Source: a virus. Taken from it: a DNA stretch of 64,000 nt. Below, piece by piece: positions 37,763 to 45,937 of this stretch. Made by a program: the position numbers and the translations under genes. The stretch spans positions 32,001-96,000 of IMG/VR virus record IMGVR_UViG_3300006750_000002, one strand, 5' to 3'. Each line of letters opens with the position of its first letter. The first letter of the stretch is position 1. The notes beneath the pieces are model-generated. The model saw only the letters and a list, made by a program, of their open reading frames with translations. It was not told the origin of the DNA and did no database searches.

Positions 37763-37773
37763 TGTATTATATT
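37745..37773 (+). promoter_or_regulatory. early/middle promoter TTGACT-N17-TATATT
   Basis: Same geometry as the polB promoter; upstream of the ssb-recA operon. Confidence 0.75.
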
Positions 37774-37812
37774 TTCACATATAAAACTTTTAATTAATTA
37801 AAAAAAAAACAA

Positions 37813-38694
37813 ATGGGCACTTTAGACGCAATTTTAAAACAATACGAACAAGGACAAGTTCAAAGTAACGGACCGAAAAATAATATTAGTAGAGAAGACA
37901 GACTTAAAAAATACTTCGCTACTTATCTACCACAAGGAGAAAAAGAAGGTGAACGTAATATCAGAATTCTACCTACTAGTGATGGTAGTTCACCATTTAA
38001 GGAGGTGTTTTTCCATGAAATCCAAGTGGACGGTAAGTGGGTAAAATTGATGGACCCAGGAAAGAACGGTGACGGTTCACCAACAGGTGATAGGAGTCCA
38101 CTAAATGAAGTGGAAGAAGCACTTAAATTAACTGGTAACCAGAAAGACAAAGACATCGCTAGACAATACCGTTCTAAGAAATTTTACATTGTTAAAGTGA
38201 TTGACCGTGACGCAGAAGATGACGGCGTAAAATTTTGGAGATTTAAATGGAATTATAAAGGTGATGGTGTAATGGATAAGATTATCCCTATCTTTCAAAA
38301 AAGAGGAGACATTACAGACGCTAAAGAAGGTAGAGACTTAACTTTAATGTTAAAATCAGTACCACTTCCTAGTGGAAAAGGCAATTATACGGTTGTATCT
38401 ATGGTTATGGCTGAAGACCCATCCGTATTGGCGGGAGATGAAGCTACAACTAAAGAGTGGTTAGGAAATGTAGAAACATACAAAGATGTTTACGCACAAA
38501 GACCTGTAGAATATTTAGAGGCTGTATCTAGAGGGGAAACACCAGTTTGGGATACGGACCTTAAGAAATATGTTTATGGTGATACTGAATCTAGCATTGA
38601 TATGGGTGGAAACACACCTCAGTCACCTATTAACACTACTACTACAGTAGACCCACAAGCAAACGACTCAGAGTCTGACGATTTACCATTCTAA
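37813..38694 (+). CDS. single-stranded DNA-binding protein (T4 gp32-like)
   Basis: 'IRILP...PF.E.F.H', 'FYIVKVIDR...GVKFWRF' and 'EGRDL', ending in the acidic tail 'DDLPF'. Confidence 0.85.
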   Translation: MGTLDAILKQYEQGQVQSNGPKNNISREDRLKKYFATYLPQGEKEGERNIRILPTSDGSSPFKEVFFHEIQVDGKWVKLMDPGKNGDGSPTGDRSPLNEVEEALKLTGNQKDKDIARQYRSKKFYIVKVIDRDAEDDGVKFWRFKWNYKGDGVMDKIIPIFQKRGDITDAKEGRDLTLMLKSVPLPSGKGNYTVVSMVMAEDPSVLAGDEATTKEWLGNVETYKDVYAQRPVEYLEAVSRGETPVWDTDLKKYVYGDTESSIDMGGNTPQSPINTTTTVDPQANDSESDDLPF

Positions 38695-38706
38695 TAGTAA
38701 AAACTA

Positions 38707-39702
38707 ATGGCAATTAAGAAAAAAAGTTTTAAAGACATTAAAAGTAAGTTTTCTAAGAAAGCTTCCTTCAAACCAGACAGGTTTTTTGATTTGGGGGATG
38801 CGTTCTTAGACGCAACTGGTCTACCAGGTCCAGCTATGGGACACATTAACATGTTTTTAGGGCATACCGATACTGGTAAAACAACTGCTTTAGTTAAAAC
38901 AGCGGTAGACGCTCAGAAAAAAGGGATTCTACCCGTGTTTATAATTACAGAACAAAAATGGGATTTTGACCACGCTAAATTAATGGGTTTAGATTGTGAA
39001 ATGGCTGAGAACGGAGAGTGGGACGGGTTTTTTCTATTCAATAATGAGTTTCAATACATAGAACAAATCACCGACTACGTCAATGAGTTATTAGATGCTC
39101 AAGAAAGTGGTGAATTGGAATATGATTTAGTGTTATTATGGGACTCAGTAGGTTCTGTCCCGTGTAAAATGACCTTTGACGGTAAAGGTGGTAAACAACA
39201 TAACGCGAGTGTATTATCAGATAAAATCGGTATGGGAATAAATCAAAGGATTACCGGTTCTAGAAATACGAATTCCACACAATTAAATACACTGGTTACC
39301 GTGAACCAACCCTGGGTAGAATTACCGGACAATCCCTTTTCACAACCTAAAATCAAAGCTAAAGGGGGAGAATCACTATGGTTAAATTCAACCATAGTGT
39401 TTTTATTTGGTAATCAGAAGAACTCTGGAACCTCTAAGATAACAGCTACTAAAGATAAAAGAAAAGTTAAATTCGCGACACGAACCAAAATATCAATTAT
39501 GAAAAACCACGTTAACGGTTTGGGGTATGAGGACGGAAAAATACTAGTAAGCCCACACGGATTCCTTAAGGGTAAGGACGCTGGAGAAGAAAAAAAATCA
39601 ATAGAAGGGTATAAGACTGAAAATTCTGAGTACTGGAAAGACATTATAGGTTCTGATGGAGATTATAACTTAGCAGTTGAAGAAACTGGTGAAATATTTT
39701 AA
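38707..39702 (+). CDS. recA: RecA/UvsX-like recombinase
   Basis: Walker A GHTDTGKTT, 'LLWDSVGS', 'VTVNQ' and 'KGGESL'. Confidence 0.9.
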   Translation: MAIKKKSFKDIKSKFSKKASFKPDRFFDLGDAFLDATGLPGPAMGHINMFLGHTDTGKTTALVKTAVDAQKKGILPVFIITEQKWDFDHAKLMGLDCEMAENGEWDGFFLFNNEFQYIEQITDYVNELLDAQESGELEYDLVLLWDSVGSVPCKMTFDGKGGKQHNASVLSDKIGMGINQRITGSRNTNSTQLNTLVTVNQPWVELPDNPFSQPKIKAKGGESLWLNSTIVFLFGNQKNSGTSKITATKDKRKVKFATRTKISIMKNHVNGLGYEDGKILVSPHGFLKGKDAGEEKKSIEGYKTENSEYWKDIIGSDGDYNLAVEETGEIF

Positions 39703-39713
39703 ATTAAAAAAAA

Positions 39714-40160
39714 ATGGAAGAAAATATGGTAAAAGTAGAAAAAGGTAACAAAATTAAAGTACATTATACTGGCACTTTAAATGATGGTAATAAATTTGAT
39801 AGTTCCCACGATAGAGGGCAGACTCTAGATTTTGAAGTCGGTACTGGTCAGATGATAAAAGGATTTGATGAAGGTGTAATAGGTATGGAAGTAGGTGAGA
39901 CTAAAGACTTACACCTAAAGCCAGAGGACGCTTATGGACTAAGAAAAGAAGAAGCTCAAACAGAAGTTCCTAAGAAGGCACTTCCATCAGACTTTAACCC
40001 TAAAATTGGGGAAACAGTTCAGGGTCAAACAATCGATGGAAGGCCGATTTTAGCGAAGGTTAAAGAATTACAAGAAGATAAGGTAATTTTAGATTTGAAC
40101 CACCCATTAGCAGGTGAAGAACTTAATTTTAATATTGAGTTAATAGAGATAGGAAAGTAG
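39714..40160 (+). CDS. FKBP-type peptidyl-prolyl isomerase with insert-in-flap domain (SlyD/SlpA-like, no His tail)
   Basis: 'KVHYTGTL.DG..FDSS', 'MIKGFDEG', 'AYG' and 'LDLNHPLAG'. Confidence 0.92.
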   Translation: MEENMVKVEKGNKIKVHYTGTLNDGNKFDSSHDRGQTLDFEVGTGQMIKGFDEGVIGMEVGETKDLHLKPEDAYGLRKEEAQTEVPKKALPSDFNPKIGETVQGQTIDGRPILAKVKELQEDKVILDLNHPLAGEELNFNIELIEIGK

Positions 40161-40184
40161 TGTTTAATTTGATAATAAAACAAA

Positions 40185-41201
40185 ATGTTAAAGACATTAG
40201 TTGTCGATGGTAATAGTGTATTACAAACAGGATTTCACGGAGTAAAGGATTTTTACCACAATGATAAGCATTTTGGAGCTATTTTCTATTTCCTTAACAC
40301 TCTTAAGAAAAATTTAGAAAAAGAGCCCTACGATAAAGTAGTTGTCTTCTGGGACGGTAAAAAAAATTACAAATATCGTAGGGATTTATACCCACCATAT
40401 AAAGTAAAAGATAAAAAAAGACTAGACAAAGACAAAGTTGACGACATGTTTCGTCAAAAAAACAGAATATCACAATACCTAGAAGAGTTTTTTGTCAGAC
40501 AAGGAGGGTACGGTAGTTGTGAAGCGGACGATTGTATTTCATACTATTGTAAACATTCTCCCCAAGAGAGCAAGACAGTTCTGACAAATGATAAAGACCT
40601 ATTACAGTTAGTAGACCAGATAACGACAGTCTATCTTACTCATACTGACACCCTAGTCACATATGAAGATAAAATTAAAATAGGTAAACTCCCATTAATG
40701 ATTCCTCCATGCAACATCCCAACCTTTAAAATTTTATTAGGTGATAGAAGTGACAATATCAAAGGAATTATGTACTTTGGTGAAAAGTCTTTAATTAAAC
40801 ATTTCCCAGAAATAGAAATAGGTAGGGTGTCTATAGAAGAAATATTAAATAAAACTAGGGGCATACTATCCACTGGAAATAAAGATAGAGGATTAAAAAA
40901 TTTATCGGAAGGTGTTTCGTCGGATGGAAGAAAGGGGGAAGATTTTTTTGAAGTTAATGAAAAAATAATAGATTTGACTAATACATTTTTAACTGAAGAA
41001 GCAAAAACCGACATAATAGATTTAATAAATGAACCTTTGGACCCTGAAGGTAGAGAGAAAGAAAATGTAGTACAGATGATGAAAGAAGATGGGTTATTTA
41101 CTGTACTACCTAAAAAAGATGATAGTTGGACATCTTTTATCCACCCATTAATACAACTAAGAAATAAAGAAATTAACTATTTTAAAATACAAAAAAACTA
41201 A
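40185..41201 (+). CDS. 5'-3' exonuclease / flap endonuclease (T4 RNase H / Pol I N-terminal-like)
   Basis: Motifs VVDGNS, VFWDG, EADD, DKDLLQL and GDRSDNIKGI. Confidence 0.92.
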   Translation: MLKTLVVDGNSVLQTGFHGVKDFYHNDKHFGAIFYFLNTLKKNLEKEPYDKVVVFWDGKKNYKYRRDLYPPYKVKDKKRLDKDKVDDMFRQKNRISQYLEEFFVRQGGYGSCEADDCISYYCKHSPQESKTVLTNDKDLLQLVDQITTVYLTHTDTLVTYEDKIKIGKLPLMIPPCNIPTFKILLGDRSDNIKGIMYFGEKSLIKHFPEIEIGRVSIEEILNKTRGILSTGNKDRGLKNLSEGVSSDGRKGEDFFEVNEKIIDLTNTFLTEEAKTDIIDLINEPLDPEGREKENVVQMMKEDGLFTVLPKKDDSWTSFIHPLIQLRNKEINYFKIQKN

Positions 41202-41203
41202 AA

Positions 41204-41653
41204 ATGGAAGACAAAAAAATAACAAAGTTTGAGTTCCTGCTAACATTAGATGACCACATTATCTGCCAACGATTTTTTAATGTGAAGGGATACCGACCCA
41301 AAAACCTAAAGTCGGTAGATTTATATGAAACCGTGGAATACATGAAAAACCAAGTATCTAGGTCATTAAAAATGAAATCTATGGATTATTTATTATCCAT
41401 TTATAACCCCTATACTTGTGCTGTTAACCTCTCAGAACAAGACCGTGAAAACGGAACCAAAGAAGAATTCAGTATCCATATAAAATTGAACAATGAGATA
41501 GTAATGCATAGGGTTTTTCCAGCTTGGGTCTACCCTGGAAAGGTAAGGTATACGGTAGACATTAGACCCTTTATTTCATCATTTTTAGGGGACTTAAGTG
41601 ACGTGTTATCGACCGAAAATGTGGAAAGAAAATATTTAGAAACGACTCTTTAA
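41204..41653 (+). CDS. hypothetical protein
   Basis: 149-aa ORF packed tightly within the replication operon. Confidence 0.7.
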   Translation: MEDKKITKFEFLLTLDDHIICQRFFNVKGYRPKNLKSVDLYETVEYMKNQVSRSLKMKSMDYLLSIYNPYTCAVNLSEQDRENGTKEEFSIHIKLNNEIVMHRVFPAWVYPGKVRYTVDIRPFISSFLGDLSDVLSTENVERKYLETTL

Positions 41654-41689
41654 TAGTATTTATTAATTACCCAAAAAGATTTAAAATAG

Positions 41690-43075
41690 ATGAAAGAGAG
41701 TAAGAGTTTTGGTTACCTAGGGCACACGTTTCAAGTCAAACTTATTAACCAAATAATAACCGACAAAAAATTTGCAAATAACATAATTGAGGTCATAGAA
41801 CCAAAGTATTTCGACAATCAATATTTTAAATTGATTGGTCAGATGAGTAAAGAATATTTTGAGAAATATAGTACCCCACCTACCTTTGACGTACTAGACC
41901 AAATGACACGACTAGAAGTGTCTTCTGATATGGCAAGAACTAACATCTTCGATATGTTGGCAGAGATTAGAGAATGTGATGTGGAGGACCACTTGTGGAT
42001 ACAAGAAAAAGCTTTAAAATTTTGTAAACAACAGGAATTAAAAAAGGCTATCACCAAAGTTAATAAGATAATTGAAAAAGGAGACTTTGAATCTTATGAT
42101 AAGTGTGAAGAGTACATTAGGATAGCTACTCAGATAGGTGAGGTAGATGATGGGGCTATGGACGTATTCCAAGACCTAGACGAGGTCCTTGTTGATGACT
42201 TTAGAGACCCAATACCATTAGGCATAAATGGGATAGACAATATTTTAGATGGGGGACTCGCTAAAGGGGAAATCGGTGTGTTTTTAGCTCCTACAGGTGT
42301 AGGGAAAACCACGATTTTAACTAAGGTAGCTAACACTGCTTATAATATGGGTTTCAGTGTATTACAGATATTTTTCGAGGATAACCCAAAAGTCATACAA
42401 AGAAAACATTTAACCTGTTGGTCAGGAATACCGGCACAAGAACAATCCACAAGAAGAGAAGAGGTTCTGGAAAAAATAGCACCATATAAAAACGGTAGGG
42501 GGAAACTAATAATAGAAAAACTACCCTCTGATAGGATAACGATTCTTTCAATAAAGAACAGAATAAGAAAATTAGTTGCGGAGGGGAATAAGTTCGATAT
42601 GATTGTTTTAGACTATATTGATTGTGTTTTACCAGATAAACACTTTAATGAGGTGTGGCAAGGAGAAGGTCTTGTAATGAGACAATTTGAAAGTATGTGT
42701 AATGAATTAGATGTTGCGGGATGGACTGCCGCTCAAGGTAATAGGACATCTATAAGTTCTGACGTAGTGACTACTGATATGATGGGTGGTTCCATTAAGA
42801 AAGCCCAAGTAGGACATGTTATCATTACATTAGCTAAGTCTCTACCACAAAAAGAAATGGGTCTTGCCACAATCGCCATTACTAAATCTAGGGTAGGGAA
42901 AGACGGCATTGTCTTTGAAAATTGTAAGTTTGACAATGCCACATTAGAAATAGATACAGAACAATCGCAGACTTTATTAGGGTTAGAACAAGATAGAGAA
43001 AGAAGAACAGCTGAACGGGTGAGAGCCGCGTTAGACAGACGAAACCAACAAATAAATCAAAAACAAAACACATAA
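41690..43075 (+). CDS. dnaB: DnaB-like replicative helicase
   Basis: Walker A APTGVGKT, 'FFED', 'IVLDYID', 'WTAAQGNR' and 'KSRVG'. Confidence 0.93.
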   Translation: MKESKSFGYLGHTFQVKLINQIITDKKFANNIIEVIEPKYFDNQYFKLIGQMSKEYFEKYSTPPTFDVLDQMTRLEVSSDMARTNIFDMLAEIRECDVEDHLWIQEKALKFCKQQELKKAITKVNKIIEKGDFESYDKCEEYIRIATQIGEVDDGAMDVFQDLDEVLVDDFRDPIPLGINGIDNILDGGLAKGEIGVFLAPTGVGKTTILTKVANTAYNMGFSVLQIFFEDNPKVIQRKHLTCWSGIPAQEQSTRREEVLEKIAPYKNGRGKLIIEKLPSDRITILSIKNRIRKLVAEGNKFDMIVLDYIDCVLPDKHFNEVWQGEGLVMRQFESMCNELDVAGWTAAQGNRTSISSDVVTTDMMGGSIKKAQVGHVIITLAKSLPQKEMGLATIAITKSRVGKDGIVFENCKFDNATLEIDTEQSQTLLGLEQDRERRTAERVRAALDRRNQQINQKQNT

Positions 43076-43076
43076 G

Positions 43077-44984
43077 ATGAGTGAAAGTCAAAATATGCAA
43101 ATATCAAATAGAATATTGTCAGACATTACCGTATACATGAAGTATGCAAAGTACCAACCAGAATTAAACAGAAGAGAGACTTGGGAGGAGTTGGTTACTA
43201 GAAATAAAAACATGCATATTAAAAAGTACCCCACACTAAAAGATGAAATTGAAGAAAAGTATAAATTAGTGTACAGTAAAAAAATATTACCTTCGATGAG
43301 GTCGATGCAATTCGGTGGAAAACCTATTGAAATCTCTCCTAATAGAATTTACAATTGTGCTTACTTACCGATAGATTCGATTGACTCGTTCAGTGAAACA
43401 ATGTTTTTATTGTTAGGTGGAACTGGAGTCGGGTACTCAGTCCAAAAACATCATGTGGTAAAATTACCAGTAATTCAAAAACCGTTCCCAAAACGAAAGA
43501 AAAGATTTTTAATTGGGGACTCTATTGAAGGTTGGGCAGACGCAATTAAAGTCTTAATGAAATCGTATATGAATGGTGTGTGTTCTAGAATCGAATTTGA
43601 CTTTTCAGACATTAGACCAAAAGGGGCAAGGCTTATAACCTCTGGTGGTAAAGCTCCAGGACCCCAACCACTAAAAGAATGCCTACTTAAAGTGGAAGGT
43701 ATATTGGAATCAAAAGAAAATGGTGAACAATTATCCACATTAGAAGTACATGATATTATTTGTCATATCGCGGATGCTGTATTGGCGGGAGGAATTAGAA
43801 GGGCAGCTTTAATATCTTTATTTTCAGCTGATGATGATGAGATGATTGGGGGTAAAGCTGGTAATTGGTGGGAATTGAACCCACAGAGAGGTAGAGCAAA
43901 TAATTCTGCGTGTCTAATGAGACATAAAATTACTAAAGAGTTTTTTATGGAGTTATGGCAAAGAGTAGAATTGTCAGGTGCTGGAGAACCAGGAATTTAC
44001 TTTAACAATGACAAAGATTGGGGGACAAACCCCTGTTGTGAAATTGCGTTGAGACCTAACCAGTTCTGCAATCTCTGTGAGGTTAATGTTTCAAACATAG
44101 TGTCACAGGAAGATTTAAATGAAAGAGTTAAAGCAGCTGCGTTTATTGGGACCTTACAGGCGGGGTACACCTCTTTCCATTACTTGAGAGAAATATGGCA
44201 AGAGACCACAGAAAAAGATGCTTTAATTGGTGTTTCTATGACTGGAATTGGTTCTGGTAAAGTATTGGATTACGACATGTCAAAATCAGCAAGCTTAGTA
44301 AAAAGAGAAAATAGTAGAGTCTCTAGGTTAATCGGAATAAACCAATCAGCTAGATGTACTACAGTAAAACCAGCGGGCACTACATCATTAACCTTAGGTA
44401 CGTCATCTGGCATCCATGCATGGCATAATGATTATTATATTAGGAGAATTAGAGTAGGTAAAAATGAATCTATGTATGGTTATTTGAGTGAAAATCATCC
44501 AGAATTGATTGAAGATGATTATTTTAGAGGTCATGATACCGCGGTAATATCCATTCCTCAGAAATCTCCAGATGGGTCAATCCTAAGGACAGAATCCCCA
44601 TTCCAACTACTAGAAAGAGTAAAAAAAGTAGCTCAAGAATGGGTAAAAGTTGGACATAGAAAAGGTTCTAACACACATAATGTGTCAGCTACTATTTCAT
44701 TAAGAAACCACGAATGGGATGCTGCTGGTGAGTGGATGTGGGAAAATAGAAAACACTATAACGGATTATCGGTACTGCCTTATAATGGAGGTACGTATAC
44801 CCAGGCACCATTTGAAGATATTACTAAAGAAAAATATGATGAAATGATGGAATCGTTAATGGACATTGACTTAACTAGAGTTATCGAGTTAGATGATAAC
44901 ACTAATTTATCTGGAGAATTGGCTTGTGCAGGTGGTGTTTGTGAAATAGATGTGGATTTAAGTGAAATTAAACTAGAGGTATAG
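43077..44984 (+). CDS. nrdJ: class II adenosylcobalamin-dependent ribonucleotide reductase
   Basis: 'PSMRSMQ', 'NCAY', 'GTGVG', catalytic NPCCE, 'TVKPAGT' and C-terminal CAGGVC. No beta-subunit gene is adjacent. Confidence 0.92.
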   Translation: MSESQNMQISNRILSDITVYMKYAKYQPELNRRETWEELVTRNKNMHIKKYPTLKDEIEEKYKLVYSKKILPSMRSMQFGGKPIEISPNRIYNCAYLPIDSIDSFSETMFLLLGGTGVGYSVQKHHVVKLPVIQKPFPKRKKRFLIGDSIEGWADAIKVLMKSYMNGVCSRIEFDFSDIRPKGARLITSGGKAPGPQPLKECLLKVEGILESKENGEQLSTLEVHDIICHIADAVLAGGIRRAALISLFSADDDEMIGGKAGNWWELNPQRGRANNSACLMRHKITKEFFMELWQRVELSGAGEPGIYFNNDKDWGTNPCCEIALRPNQFCNLCEVNVSNIVSQEDLNERVKAAAFIGTLQAGYTSFHYLREIWQETTEKDALIGVSMTGIGSGKVLDYDMSKSASLVKRENSRVSRLIGINQSARCTTVKPAGTTSLTLGTSSGIHAWHNDYYIRRIRVGKNESMYGYLSENHPELIEDDYFRGHDTAVISIPQKSPDGSILRTESPFQLLERVKKVAQEWVKVGHRKGSNTHNVSATISLRNHEWDAAGEWMWENRKHYNGLSVLPYNGGTYTQAPFEDITKEKYDEMMESLMDIDLTRVIELDDNTNLSGELACAGGVCEIDVDLSEIKLEV

Positions 44985-45058
44985 ATATACCATATTGTCT
45001 TAGGGTTGAAAGAGGTAGGTTATTGGGTTAGTTAGGGTGGTTAGTATTTATATGTTAT

Positions 45059-45253
45059 GTGTTTAAAAAAAAATTTGAAAAAGAAGATTTTTATTTGAAT
45101 GATAAAGGCTTAATGGTATTAACAGAAAAATACCATATAAAAAGAGGTTCTTGTTGTGGTGGAAAATGTAAACATTGCCCCTATTTCCCATCATACCAAA
45201 AATCTAATAAAGAACTCAGAGAAGATGTGTACGTTGGACCTACACGGTTATAA
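45059..45253 (+). CDS. DUF5522-like small Cys-rich protein
   Basis: 'VLTEKYHIKRGSCCGGKCKHCPY'; TATTTAT at 45045-45051. Confidence 0.7.
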   Translation: MFKKKFEKEDFYLNDKGLMVLTEKYHIKRGSCCGGKCKHCPYFPSYQKSNKELREDVYVGPTRL

Positions 45254-45443
45254 AATTGATGAGATGTATGGTGTTATTGATAGTTTTTTGTGTGACCATA
45301 AGTTATATAAAACAAAAAATTTAGAAGTAATTACTGGAAACGGTAAGGTAATTAAATCCGTAGTCACTGTATTAGCAGAGAATTACGGATTTCTATGTAA
45401 ACCACACATATACAATAAAGAAGTTATGTCTCTTTCAGTTTAG
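45225..45443 (+). CDS. stand-alone Smr-domain protein
   Basis: 'TLDLHGY' and 'EVITGNG' are the Smr signature. ATG 45225 is preferred over the track start at 45156. Confidence 0.75.
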   Translation: MCTLDLHGYKIDEMYGVIDSFLCDHKLYKTKNLEVITGNGKVIKSVVTVLAENYGFLCKPHIYNKEVMSLSV

Positions 45444-45476
45444 AATTATAAAACCTAATATTTATAAATAAAACTC

Positions 45477-45935
45477 ATGGTAGAAAGAGAGACGTTTGGT
45501 ATAGATTTTCCTTTTCAAGATAGTGCGTATGGTGACTATTTGAAAATGACAGAAACTCCTGAAGCCGAAATTAAAGCTAATTTAATACATCTACTATTAA
45601 CTAGAAAAGGAAGTAGGTATTTCTTACCGGATTTCGGAACTTCTCTGTATGAGTATATTTTTGAACCTCTTGACTCACCTACTTTTTCGTCTATCGAAGC
45701 GGAAATTAGAGAACAAGTCATAAAATACATACCTAATCTTAAGATAACTAGTATTGACGTGACAAGTGCCTTAGACACTGAAGAACTACCTGGGACGATA
45801 GTTGCGGATAATGACCCTAGAGTATATAGGGTTGCGGGTCAAGGGACTAAAGAACATACCGCTAAAGTGCGGATTGATTTTACCATAACTAGTGATGCTT
45901 TTGAAACACGAGACTTCGTAATAATTAATATTTAA
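45477..45935 (+). CDS. baseplate wedge protein (T4 gp25 / P2 gpW-like)
   Basis: 'IKANLIHLLLTRKGSRYFLPDFGT.L...IFEP'; TATTTAT at 45459-45465. Confidence 0.92.
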   Translation: MVERETFGIDFPFQDSAYGDYLKMTETPEAEIKANLIHLLLTRKGSRYFLPDFGTSLYEYIFEPLDSPTFSSIEAEIREQVIKYIPNLKITSIDVTSALDTEELPGTIVADNDPRVYRVAGQGTKEHTAKVRIDFTITSDAFETRDFVIINI

Positions 45936-45937
45936 TA

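Noticed and set aside
3896-44984. Inteins or self-splicing introns in polB, dnaB, recA and nrdJ
   Set aside because: All are continuous and of ordinary length, with no LAGLIDADG/HINT motifs or C-terminal HN-C/S/T junctions recognised.
45057-45075. Possible frameshift at the A9 run near the DUF5522-like start (ATG 45057 out of frame, GTG 45059 in frame)
   Set aside because: The GTG start or a homopolymer sequencing error explains it equally well; it cannot be resolved without reads.
10444-45470. Reading the late motif as T4-type TATAAATA
   Set aside because: TATAAATA occurs only where TATTTAT extends into a palindrome (e.g. 10444, 45459); the shared core on the sense strand is TATTTAT.
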